Shown: positions 55,672 through 64,000 of the stretch, one piece after another
How positions within the stretch are numbered: position 1 is the first letter of the stretch
Layout: every line of letters begins with the position of its first letter
Source of the DNA: Candidatus Multivoradales bacterium
GTDB lineage: Bacteria; Acidobacteriota; Thermoanaerobaculia; Multivoradales; Multivoraceae
Direction: 5' to 3'
Length of the DNA stretch: 64,000 bases
Assembly: GCA_965223325.1 (NCBI GenBank)
Contig: CBDCWI010000001.1
Location: 1,376,001-1,440,000, forward strand
Program-made: the position numbers and the translations under genes
Notes under the pieces: generated by a model
What the model saw: the letters and a program-made list of their open reading frames with translations, nothing else
Told to the model about the DNA's origin: nothing
Databases searched by the model: none

Positions 55672-57630
55672 TCAGATGAGGAGAGAATCGGTCAGGACTT
55701 CGACAGTCGCCGGGCCGTCATAGGCCAGAGCCTCTTCGAGCGCGGCATCGAGCTGCTTGGCCTCGCGCACTTGGATGCCAAAGCCACCGCAGTTTTGGAC
55801 GTAGCGCGCGAAGTCGGGATTGACCAGGCCGGTCTGCCACACGTCGAGCTCGATGGCGCGTTGCTCCTTACTGATCTTGCCGAGCTCCCGGTTGTTGAGC
55901 AGGACGTGCGTGATGTTCATCTCGTGCTTCACAGCCGAGGTGACCTCGGCCAGGTACTGGCCGAACCCGCCGTCGCCAGTTACCGCGATGACGGACCGAT
56001 CGGCGAAGGCCGGGTCGCCAGAACGAGTCGCCGCCCAGGCCCCCATCGCAGCAGGGTAGCCGAAACCAATCGACCCCAGGTAGCCCGACATGATGACGCT
56101 GTGCTCGCGGGCCTCGAAGTAGCGACCGAACGAGTAGGTGTTGTTGCCGACATCGACCGCGATGATCGCGTCGTGCGGTATCACGCGATTCATCGCCGCA
56201 AAGACCGCCGCCGAGTTGACACCGTTTCCCCGATCGTCGGGAAGGCGCCGTTCCTTTTCTTCGCGCCAGAGCTTCCAGCGCTCGGCAACTTCTAAGCGTT
56301 GGTCAGACGCCTGGTGCCTGCCCGCGAGGCGTTCGCGCAAGAGCTCGGCGGTGACGCCGATCTCACCCCACATGGGAACGTCGACTCCGTGGAAGCGGCC
56401 AAGCGCCGTTCGCTCGTAGTCAACCTGAATGGTTGGCTTGTAGGTCGTAATGCCAGTGTGATTCGAGAACGATGCGCCGAACACCAACAAGGCGTCGGAT
56501 TCATTCATGAACCAACTCGCGACGGGCGTTCCGCTACGACCAAGCACCCCGCAGCCAAGCGGGTGGTGATCGGAAATCAACCCCTTGGCCTTGAAGGTTG
56601 TAAGGACCGGGGCACCGAGCTCTTCGGCGAGTGCCCGCACGCCGTCCATCGCAAAGCGTGCTCCATGACCAACGATGATCACTGGGCGCTTCGCGTTCTC
56701 GAGCAACGCGGTCGCCTCGGCGAGGGCCCCGGCCGGCGGCGCAATCTCGGCTGCGGCAACCCTACCTTCCGGGGAACCAGCAGTCGCCTCTGGAGCCGGG
56801 ATCGTCTGGACCTCGTCCGGGAAGACCAGGTGCGACACAGAGCGATCGAGCATGGCGCGCTTACAGGCCAGGTTCATCAGCTCAACCGCGCGGCTGTCGC
56901 GGAGAACGGTGTGCGAAAACGGAGCGACCGACGAAAAGGCCGCCGCCAGATCGACCTCCTGGAAGGCTCCTGGCCCCAGCACCTGCGTGTCCACCTGGCC
57001 CGTCAGGGCGAGAATCGGTGCCCGGTCGACGTGCGCGTCCCACATGCCCGTCAAAAGATTGGTCGCCCCCGGACCGGCGATCGTCAGGCAAGCCGCGGGA
57101 CGACCGGTGAGCTTGCCATAGGCCGAAGCCGCAAAGGCGCCGGCGCCTTCGTGACGAATCGATACGAACTCGAGGTCGCCGGCTTCGTCGGCGCGCCGCA
57201 CGGCGTCGGAGAGGCCCAGATTCGAGTGCCCCACCATTCCGAAGACGTGGGTGACTCCCCAATTGGTCATCGTCTTGACCATCACGTCCGTGGTCGTCTG
57301 CTGATGTGAGCCTTCCTCCTCGACCGCCACATAGATCCCGTCATCGCGAATCTCTATCGGATAGGTCGGCACTCGCTCGTCGAAACCCTCCGGAGCCTGA
57401 CCCGAGATCGGGTTGTAGTCCCAACCATGCCAGGGGCAGCGCAGCCAGCCATTTTCGATCGAACCTTCGCCCAACGGACCGCCCTGATGCGGACAACGGT
57501 TGTCGAGCGCACCGTACTCGCCACCGAAGCGAGTCAGGCAGATTGACGCGTGCCCGGCCACCACCGTCTTGACACGCCCTTCAGGCAGTTCATCGGTGTC
57601 CGCAACGCGATGCCAGATGGTCTTCTTCAT
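55672..57630 (-). CDS. Rieske [2Fe-2S] + thiamine-diphosphate-dependent enzyme (pyruvate oxidase/acetolactate synthase family) fusion
   Basis: CPHQGGPL...CPWHGW; RHEGAG, GPGATN, GDGG...NN ThDP motif. Confidence 0.92.
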   Translation of the reverse strand: MKKTIWHRVADTDELPEGRVKTVVAGHASICLTRFGGEYGALDNRCPHQGGPLGEGSIENGWLRCPWHGWDYNPISGQAPEGFDERVPTYPIEIRDDGIYVAVEEEGSHQQTTTDVMVKTMTNWGVTHVFGMVGHSNLGLSDAVRRADEAGDLEFVSIRHEGAGAFAASAYGKLTGRPAACLTIAGPGATNLLTGMWDAHVDRAPILALTGQVDTQVLGPGAFQEVDLAAAFSSVAPFSHTVLRDSRAVELMNLACKRAMLDRSVSHLVFPDEVQTIPAPEATAGSPEGRVAAAEIAPPAGALAEATALLENAKRPVIIVGHGARFAMDGVRALAEELGAPVLTTFKAKGLISDHHPLGCGVLGRSGTPVASWFMNESDALLVFGASFSNHTGITTYKPTIQVDYERTALGRFHGVDVPMWGEIGVTAELLRERLAGRHQASDQRLEVAERWKLWREEKERRLPDDRGNGVNSAAVFAAMNRVIPHDAIIAVDVGNNTYSFGRYFEAREHSVIMSGYLGSIGFGYPAAMGAWAATRSGDPAFADRSVIAVTGDGGFGQYLAEVTSAVKHEMNITHVLLNNRELGKISKEQRAIELDVWQTGLVNPDFARYVQNCGGFGIQVREAKQLDAALEEALAYDGPATVEVLTDSLLI

Positions 57631-57681
57631 GGGTATCAGGCCCTCTTGAGGGGCGGTCGACGTTGATTTCTGGAGGCGGAG

Positions 57682-58932
57682 TCAGTGCTCGGCCTGAAAG
57701 TGTCTCTCGACCAGCGAACGCGAGTACTCGACCACGCCGTCGACACTCGAGAAGTTACACAACGCGCCGGCGACATAAACGCCCGCAATCCCCTGCGCGC
57801 TCTCGAGCCAATCGTAGAAGCCAGCTGCATCGGCACCTGGTGGAAGGTGGGGAAAGAAGTGCACCCGCCTCTGGGCGACAAAGACAGGGTTTTCGACTCC
57901 GAGAGCCAGCAGATCCTCTCGCAGGATCGACTTCACCTCGGCGTCAGACTTGCCGTCTACAACCGTATAGACCATGAGCATCTCACGCTCCTTGTCCGGG
58001 CGCACGATGACATGAACCCGTCCACGACGCTTGGACTCGAAGTTCTGCGGAAAGACCGCGGACCGCCCCTTGTAGCCCGGCGCCTCAACCAGACAGGTCA
58101 TGTACTCGACGGTCTGGACCCGCGCGAGGTGTGCCCGAGCGGTTTCGTCGTAGTGTGTTGGAACGACCCCGCCCGTCGGCGGAAACGTGATGACGACGGC
58201 ATCGAACAGCGAGCTTCCGCTAGCAGTTCGGACCCGTGGCGGTGAACCGGGAGCGCTCTCGATCGCCAGGACCTGCTGGTCGCAGCGCACATCGAAGTCA
58301 GAGGCGAGACGACGGAAAAAACTACCAAAACCACCCTCGAGGTAGCGCACCTCGCCGGTCGCAAAGCAACCATGACGGGTCTCCTTGTCCATGTACTTGA
58401 GCACATAGGCCGTCGGCGTCTCATCGAAGTAGCCGTAGCCGAAGCCGGTCACGAAGGGCTCGAGGAGTCGCCTAAGGTCCGGCAAGTCGTACTTCTTGAC
58501 GAACTCAGAAAAGGACAACCAGAGATCTGGATGTAAGCCCGCAAAGCCCGGATCGCTGAGGCTGTTGTAGCCAGTGTCGAGATCGATCGCCGCAAGTCGC
58601 TCTTCGATTGGCCCGAGGATCGCCGGACCTGCAAAGGGAGGCTCGGAGTGCCCGTCGACGATCGGGGGAAAACCGCCAGTGCGTTCACCGAGAGCTCCTC
58701 CCGCTTCGTCGAGCAGCTGACGAAGCGATTGAAACGAATCGACCGCGAAGACTGCACCGAGGTCGTAACACTCGCCTCCAATCTCGACGTCGTAACAAAG
58801 ACCACCGGGCTCGCTAGCCGACTCCAGAACGACGACGTCTTCGTAGCCGGCCTTCTTCAAGTACCACGCGCAAGAAAGTCCTGCCGCACCTGCTCCGAGA
58901 ATCCCTACGCGCAATCGCTCGTCCTCCCCCAC
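57682..58932 (-). CDS. FAD-dependent oxidoreductase resembling polyunsaturated fatty acid isomerase (PAI)
   Basis: GAGAAG Rossmann motif; YDLGA; GFGYGYFDETPTAYVLKY; FFPH; FYDWLESAQG; YSRSLVERHF C-terminus. Confidence 0.75.
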   Translation of the reverse strand: MGEDERLRVGILGAGAAGLSCAWYLKKAGYEDVVVLESASEPGGLCYDVEIGGECYDLGAVFAVDSFQSLRQLLDEAGGALGERTGGFPPIVDGHSEPPFAGPAILGPIEERLAAIDLDTGYNSLSDPGFAGLHPDLWLSFSEFVKKYDLPDLRRLLEPFVTGFGYGYFDETPTAYVLKYMDKETRHGCFATGEVRYLEGGFGSFFRRLASDFDVRCDQQVLAIESAPGSPPRVRTASGSSLFDAVVITFPPTGGVVPTHYDETARAHLARVQTVEYMTCLVEAPGYKGRSAVFPQNFESKRRGRVHVIVRPDKEREMLMVYTVVDGKSDAEVKSILREDLLALGVENPVFVAQRRVHFFPHLPPGADAAGFYDWLESAQGIAGVYVAGALCNFSSVDGVVEYSRSLVERHFQAEH

Positions 58933-58954
58933 TCACTCGCGCGCTCCATCGTCG

Positions 58955-60589
58955 TCAAGGCCGGCCAACTCCCCCATAGCGAACCCCGGCCAGAGCAGCG
59001 ATCTCGCTCTTCCAGGAGGTCAGGTCGCGCACCTCGAAGTCACTGAGCTGGGAATGCCCACAGGCACGCGCCAGAACCTGCATGAGTTCCACCGACGCGC
59101 GCAGGAAACGATCCAGCCGTTCGGCCGACGGGTCAATGACCAGACGCTCGCGCAGGTGGGGCTTCTGAGTGGCGATTCCCACCGGGCAGTTGTTCGAGTG
59201 ACAAGCGCGCATGGCGACGCAGCCGATCGCCTGCATTGCAGAATTCGAGACTGCCACCGCGTCGGCGCCCAGCGCCAAGGCTTTGACAAAGTCGGGTGCC
59301 ACACGCAAGCCGCCGGTCACAACCAGGGTGATGTCTGCGGCGTTCGATCGGTCGAAATGGGCACGGGCACGCGCCAGAGCTGCGATGGTCGGCACGGAAA
59401 TGTGATCGCGAAACAAGAGAGGCGCCGCACCCGTACCACCGCCGCGGCCATCGAGGATCACATAGTCGGCGCTCGCTTCGAGCGCGAAGTCGAGGTCGTC
59501 TTCGATGTGCTGGGCCGAGAGTTTGAAGCCGACCGGGATGCCGCCCGTTGCTTCTCGCACCTCGTCGGCCACGGCGCGAAAATCCGCCGGCGAGTGTAGG
59601 TCAGGGAAAGTTGCCGGGCTGATCGCAGCCTGGCCCGCTTCGAGGCCTCTCACCTGGGCGATTTCCTCGGAGACCTTGGTCCCGGGGAGGTGCCCACCGG
59701 TTCCGGTCTTGGCACCTTGCCCGCCCTTGAAATGGAAGGCCTGGCAGCGCTTGACCTTGTCGAGTGACCAGCCAAAACGCGCCGAAGCGAGCTCATAGAA
59801 GTAGCGGCTGTTGGCGGTCTGTTCGTCAGGCAACATGCCACCCTCCCCCGAACAGATGCCAGTGCCAGCCAGTTCGGCGCCCTTTGCCAGGGCGACTTTG
59901 GCTTCGCGTGACAGCGCGCCGAAACTCATGTCTGAGACGAACAGGGGAATCTCGAGCCGGAGTGGCTTGTTCGCCCGCGGGCCGATCACCACCCCGGTCT
60001 CGACCGGCGCATCGTCGAGAAGCGGTTGCCTGGCAAGCTGGGCGGTCACGATCTGGATGTCGTCCCAACCCGGCAGCTGGGAGCGGGGCACTCCCATCGC
60101 ATCGGTCGGCCCGTGGTGCCCTAGCCTGGAGAGTCCCTCGCGTGCGAGCCGCTGAATGAGGGCGTTGTGCGGCTCATCTGAAATGCCGTGCGGGTCCTGG
60201 TAGGCCCCAAGGTACTCATCGCGGCTCCAGGGTTGCGGGTGAAGACGCCCCCAGGCAGCGACTTCGTCCTCGTCGACCTCGACGCGGCCGTCCTCGACGA
60301 ACACCGAGAAGCGCTCGAGGGACTCTTCGTTGTTGTACTCACTGACCCCGGTGTCGTAGCGATAGTCCCAGCCGTGCACACCACAGATGAGGTTCTTGCC
60401 GTCGATGTGACCATCGGCGAGCAGCGCACCCCGGTGGTGGCAGCGACCGTAGAGCACCGAGACCTGGTCGTCACCCTCACCACTGGGATCAGCAAACCGG
60501 GTAACCACCAGGTCGACGCCGGCCACCAATGCATGCTTCGGTACGAGCCGTTCGAGCTCGCTGAGTTGTGCAACGACAATTCGATTCAT
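58955..60589 (-). CDS. Rieske [2Fe-2S] + FMN-binding glutamate-synthase-like domain fusion
   Basis: CHHRG...CGVHGW; DMSFGALS, SGEGG, GQGAKTGTGGHLPG, DGRGGGTGA, CVAMRACHSNNCPVG; no glutamine amidotransferase domain. Confidence 0.92.
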   Translation of the reverse strand: MNRIVVAQLSELERLVPKHALVAGVDLVVTRFADPSGEGDDQVSVLYGRCHHRGALLADGHIDGKNLICGVHGWDYRYDTGVSEYNNEESLERFSVFVEDGRVEVDEDEVAAWGRLHPQPWSRDEYLGAYQDPHGISDEPHNALIQRLAREGLSRLGHHGPTDAMGVPRSQLPGWDDIQIVTAQLARQPLLDDAPVETGVVIGPRANKPLRLEIPLFVSDMSFGALSREAKVALAKGAELAGTGICSGEGGMLPDEQTANSRYFYELASARFGWSLDKVKRCQAFHFKGGQGAKTGTGGHLPGTKVSEEIAQVRGLEAGQAAISPATFPDLHSPADFRAVADEVREATGGIPVGFKLSAQHIEDDLDFALEASADYVILDGRGGGTGAAPLLFRDHISVPTIAALARARAHFDRSNAADITLVVTGGLRVAPDFVKALALGADAVAVSNSAMQAIGCVAMRACHSNNCPVGIATQKPHLRERLVIDPSAERLDRFLRASVELMQVLARACGHSQLSDFEVRDLTSWKSEIAALAGVRYGGVGRP

Positions 60590-60599
60590 GGCTCGCAGA

Positions 60600-60846
60600 T
60601 TACACGCTGCCGAGCGCGTGTACCTGGACCTTCGCTCTGTTCGCCGACGCCGCCGGCATCGACTGGGCGGTGCTCCGCCGCTCTTTCGGGCTGTCCGCTC
60701 GCCTCCTCTTGGTCTCCACACCGCTCCAGATCGACCTTGGCACACTGCTGGCCTTGGATCTCCTGCCAGGCCCAGACTGGGGGAAGGCGCCCTGCTGGCG
60801 AGTGTGCTCGCAACGGGCGAAGCGGCGCGCGGACACCTTCTTCTAA
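60600..60846 (+). pseudogene. Frameshifted fragment of a CPA1 (NhaP-like) cation:proton antiporter
   Basis: FALFADAAGIDWAVLRRSFGLSARLLLVSTPLQIDLGTLLALDLLPGPDW, then after a frameshift EGALLASVLATGEAA, matching the typical LFxDA...RLL...ALLAAxLAPTDAA segment. Confidence 0.65.
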
Positions 60847-60929
60847 ATCATTCTTCATCGCCTCGCCGCGCACCCGGTGATCGGCTGGATAACATCCGGC
60901 CATCCAGTAACCGGAGAAGGGATCGATCA

Positions 60930-61247
60930 ATGGCCCAGGCATTGACCCAGACTTCACAGGCGGAGTCGGTCACCCCCTGGCATCTCACCGCAGAACTTCT
61001 TGTCAACGCTGCGACGCTGTACGTCGCCGTCGGCCTCCTCTTTGCCATCCTCTACGCGTCCTTCGGTGCTCCGAGGCTCGACCCAGCGGCAGAAAAAGGC
61101 ACCTGGGGCTTCCGCCTGCTGAGCATTCCAGGCACCGTCGCCCTCTGGCCGCTCCTCGCCTGGCGGTGGCTGCGACGAGAGGGACCACCGATCGAGGACA
61201 ATGCCCACCGGCGCGCGGCACGATCGGGCGGAGGATCCAACTCGTGA
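60930..61247 (+). CDS. Small two-TM membrane protein
   Basis: YVAVGLLFAI...DPAA..GTWGFRLL..PG..ALWPLL; GGAG RBS; GTGA-coupled to the next gene. Confidence 0.7.
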   Translation: MAQALTQTSQAESVTPWHLTAELLVNAATLYVAVGLLFAILYASFGAPRLDPAAEKGTWGFRLLSIPGTVALWPLLAWRWLRREGPPIEDNAHRRAARSGGGSNS

Positions 61248-61411
61248 TTGCCCGCCTACGTCGTCGCCATCGTTTGATCTGGCTCGTTCTGCTGGTTCTG
61301 GTACCTGTCATGCTGGTGATTGCCCTCAGTCTGCGGCCGCCGGCGCCGGAACTAGAAACCCTTCCAGCTGCTCTCGAGCAGCTCGCAACAGAAACGAGCG
61401 AGGCGCCATGA
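61244..61411 (+). CDS. Small single-TM protein (55 aa)
   Basis: GTG start overlaps the upstream TGA; RRRHRLIWLVLLVLVPVMLVIAL; its stop overlaps the next ATG (ATGA). Confidence 0.65.
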   Translation: MIARLRRRHRLIWLVLLVLVPVMLVIALSLRPPAPELETLPAALEQLATETSEAP

Positions 61412-63204
61412 GCGCCTCCTACCGAGCCGTCCAGTGGACGCCGCACAAGAAGCGCTACGACCTGGTGTTGCTTGCGGCCGTTCTTAGCTACCTGGTGATT
61501 TTCGTCGCGGTCGGTATGCTCAGCCACCCGCAGACGACGATCGAAACCCAGCTCATTCGTGCCCTGGGGACATGCAGCTTCTTGATGCTGTACGTCATCC
61601 TACTGATCGGCCCGCTGGCGCGACTCGACCCTCGATTCCTGCCCCTGCTCTACAACCGGAGGCACTTCGGCGTCGCCATGTTCTTGGTGGCGGCGGCGCA
61701 CGGCGTGTTTTCGATCGTGCAGTTCCATGCCCTCGGCGACATCAACCCGCTCTTCAGCGTTCTGGTTTCGGGCACCGAGAGCATGCCGTCAATCGTCTGG
61801 CTGCCTTTTCAACCCTTCGGCTTCCTGGCTCTGGTGATTCTGTTCGTCATGGCCGCCACCAGCCACGACTTCTGGCTGGTCAACCTCACGGCGCCGGTGT
61901 GGAAGGCGCTACACATGTCGGTCTACCTGGCGTGGGTACTGCTGGTTCTCCATGTCGCCCTGGGTGGTCTGCAAAGCGAGCGCAGTGTCTTCTACGCCTT
62001 CCTCGTTGCGGCTGGGGTGGCGCTGGTCACCGGGCTCCACGTCGTGGCCGCCCTGCGAGAGCGCTCCGGGGCCGCGACCGCGAATCGTTCGCCCGACGAT
62101 CAGGGCTTCGTGGCCGTCGCCAAGGTGTCCGAGATTGCCGAGGACCGAGCCATCACCGTCGAGCTCTCGGGCGAGCGTGTGGCGGTCTTTCGCTACAACG
62201 GCAAGATCAGCGCGATCTCCAACGTCTGCCGCCATCAGAACGGCCCGCTCGGCGAAGGCAAGATTGTCGACGGCTGCATCACGTGCCCCTGGCACGGCTG
62301 GCAGTATCGTCCGGAAGACGGCGCATCGCCGCCGCCATTTGACGAGAGCGTCCCCACCTTTCGTGTGCGCCTCCTGGGCGACCAGGTTCTCGCTCACCCG
62401 ACTCCACTGCCTGCGGGCACCCACGTCGAACCAGCGACCATCGAAGGAGAAGCGCTCCAAGGGCCGCCAGGCGAAGCCTTCTTCATCGGCTGGAGCGCCG
62501 ACATACCCAGCGACATCGGCCGCTTCACCCGCAGCGCGGTCTTGGCTATCACGACCCTCGGCGTGGCGCTGGCGGTGATCCTCCCTCTTCTCCAGAACCG
62601 CTTCGACCCCGGCTCTTTCGACTTTGGAAACACCACAGTCGTCGAGGGTGAGCTGGTCACTGAGCCCTACCCAGCTCTGCACACCGATGACCTCGACTCG
62701 ACAAGTGATCCCCTCCTGGTCGCGACCGGCAAGCGTGGCGCCGAAGGACTCCTCGCCGCCCTCGAGAGCGGCAGCTGGGTAGAAGTCGAGGGAACGAAGA
62801 TCGACGCCCCGGCGGCCACCATGATCGAGATCACCAGAGCAGCTCCGGCCGACTCTCCCCGGACGGTCCAAAGCGCGAACTCGATCGACTTCGGCGAGTT
62901 CGAGCTCGCCGGCGAGATCGTCGACAGCAAGTGCTTCCTCGGCGTCATGAAACCCGGGCGCTCCCGAGGCCACCGTGCCTGCGCCATCCGTTGTATATCC
63001 GGCGGAGTCCCCCCAGCCCTTCTCGTCACCTCCAAAGACAAGACCCTGCTCCTTCTGCTGGCCGACCAGAACGGCAAGCGTGTCGCTGCCGCCACCGCGG
63101 CGCCACTCGCCGCGCAACCGTTGACCATCCGTGGTCGAGTCGGCCTGCGTAACGGCCACCTGACCCTCGAATCAGACCCTCTAACCTGGGCGCTCCTCGA
63201 CTGA
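61408..63204 (+). CDS. Ferric-reductase-like (MsrQ-type heme b) membrane domain + Rieske + TM + Cys-containing extracytoplasmic domain
   Basis: NRRHFG, AAHG, AATS, WKALH..VY, LHV; CRHQNGPL...CPWHGW; C-terminal GEIVDSKC...HRACAIRCISGG. Confidence 0.85.
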   Translation: MSASYRAVQWTPHKKRYDLVLLAAVLSYLVIFVAVGMLSHPQTTIETQLIRALGTCSFLMLYVILLIGPLARLDPRFLPLLYNRRHFGVAMFLVAAAHGVFSIVQFHALGDINPLFSVLVSGTESMPSIVWLPFQPFGFLALVILFVMAATSHDFWLVNLTAPVWKALHMSVYLAWVLLVLHVALGGLQSERSVFYAFLVAAGVALVTGLHVVAALRERSGAATANRSPDDQGFVAVAKVSEIAEDRAITVELSGERVAVFRYNGKISAISNVCRHQNGPLGEGKIVDGCITCPWHGWQYRPEDGASPPPFDESVPTFRVRLLGDQVLAHPTPLPAGTHVEPATIEGEALQGPPGEAFFIGWSADIPSDIGRFTRSAVLAITTLGVALAVILPLLQNRFDPGSFDFGNTTVVEGELVTEPYPALHTDDLDSTSDPLLVATGKRGAEGLLAALESGSWVEVEGTKIDAPAATMIEITRAAPADSPRTVQSANSIDFGEFELAGEIVDSKCFLGVMKPGRSRGHRACAIRCISGGVPPALLVTSKDKTLLLLLADQNGKRVAAATAAPLAAQPLTIRGRVGLRNGHLTLESDPLTWALLD

Positions 63205-63250
63205 GAAACCGAAGCGCGATCCAGAAGCAGAGAAGCGCCGACCCCTCTTC

Positions 63251-64000
63251 TCAGTCGAGAGGCGCCAGAAGCTCGGGTGCGGTGACCAGCTCGCGGACAC
63301 CGTGGGACTTCGTCTCATGGAAGACGTTGCCAGCGGCGGCCCACGCGTGCAGAGAACCGATGTCAAGACGGGCGCACTCGGGACGCACGCTCCATGTCAC
63401 TTTCATCGGTGAGCAATTCACCTGGTCATAGCTTGGCCCAGTCGTTGAGCCTCGAAAAACAACGGGCGTGCCGGTGTCTGACGGGATCTCCTTGGCCTGG
63501 TGCAGCCCAGAGCGCACGGTGCCACCGTAGGCCATCTCGCGAAAGTCCAGCGCCTCGCTGTCGTTGACCACCAGAAAAACCTGCGCCTCGACGCGGAGGA
63601 GGGGGTCACTGCAGGTTTCCGTAAGGCACGAGCCCAGACCCTCGCCCGGGGAAACGTCACAGGACGTGTGAACCCAATGCACTTCGATCGTGTCTCCAGG
63701 CACAGCACCTTTGAAGGCGCCCTCGCCGGCAAACGGATCGCGGAGCTCTTCGTCGGTCAGGGCATCGCGGTCGTTGCAGGCATAGCCGCCATGCTCACCT
63801 GGGCCAGCGAAAACTGCAAAACCCGGCCCCTTGTGCTCGGCGTTGGTATGCGTGTGAATGTTGCACAGGTTCATCTCGGCAGCCGGCGGTGCCAACTCGA
63901 AGGCCATGGTGTTCAGACCGGTCGGGCTCGAAATGTCGCGTGGTGTCTGCGGTCCCATGTCGACACAGAGGTTTGTTGCGGCGTCGGCCTGTCCCTCGCC
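63251..64000 (-). CDS. Delta-class carbonic anhydrase; 5' end lies beyond the window
   Basis: GPQTPRDI, NLCNIHTHTNAEHK, GDTIEVHWVH, LRVEAQVF, GSTTGPSY, VTWSVRP; frame is open to base 64000. Confidence 0.88.
   Translation of the reverse strand, partial: GEGQADAATNLCVDMGPQTPRDISSPTGLNTMAFELAPPAAEMNLCNIHTHTNAEHKGPGFAVFAGPGEHGGYACNDRDALTDEELRDPFAGEGAFKGAVPGDTIEVHWVHTSCDVSPGEGLGSCLTETCSDPLLRVEAQVFLVVNDSEALDFREMAYGGTVRSGLHQAKEIPSDTGTPVVFRGSTTGPSYDQVNCSPMKVTWSVRPECARLDIGSLHAWAAAGNVFHETKSHGVRELVTAPELLAPLD

Overview
GC-rich (about 65-67% by eye) bacterial chromosome window. The gene content (Oar-type TonB-dependent receptor, many TPR and CHAT proteins, TMTC-like glycosyltransferase) is consistent with an environmental Acidobacteriota (Thermoanaerobaculia-like) genome, but that is an inference. 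I saw no rRNA, tRNA, CRISPR array, integrase or transposase. Housekeeping and metabolic genes include rsmE, aroC, a selD fusion, bolA, deoC with two ALDHs, tag, a THUMP methyltransferase and a GMC oxidoreductase pair. The most notable elements are: (1) a 20.4-28.8 kb conflict island with two polymorphic-toxin-like genes that share a near-identical, signal-less, acidic D/F/G/W-rich N-terminus plus LysM but have unrelated C-termini, each followed by a coupled immunity-like gene, plus an orphan immunity paralogue preceded by a frameshifted toxin-tip remnant, a third N-terminal remnant, an AAA_14/DUF4143 ATPase and an AbiE-type TA pair; (2) three heme-c + PHM-like copper monooxygenase fusions, two with TPRs, flanking a TonB receptor, a TMTC-like GT-C and a beta-propeller; (3) a CHAT protease / zinc-less anti-sigma-like / subtilase triad; (4) a three-Rieske-fusion redox cluster that includes a PAI-like fatty-acid isomerase homologue; (5) an LtrA-KirBac potassium-channel fusion; (6) a delta-class carbonic anhydrase. 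All family calls come from motif recognition by eye; no database searches were run.
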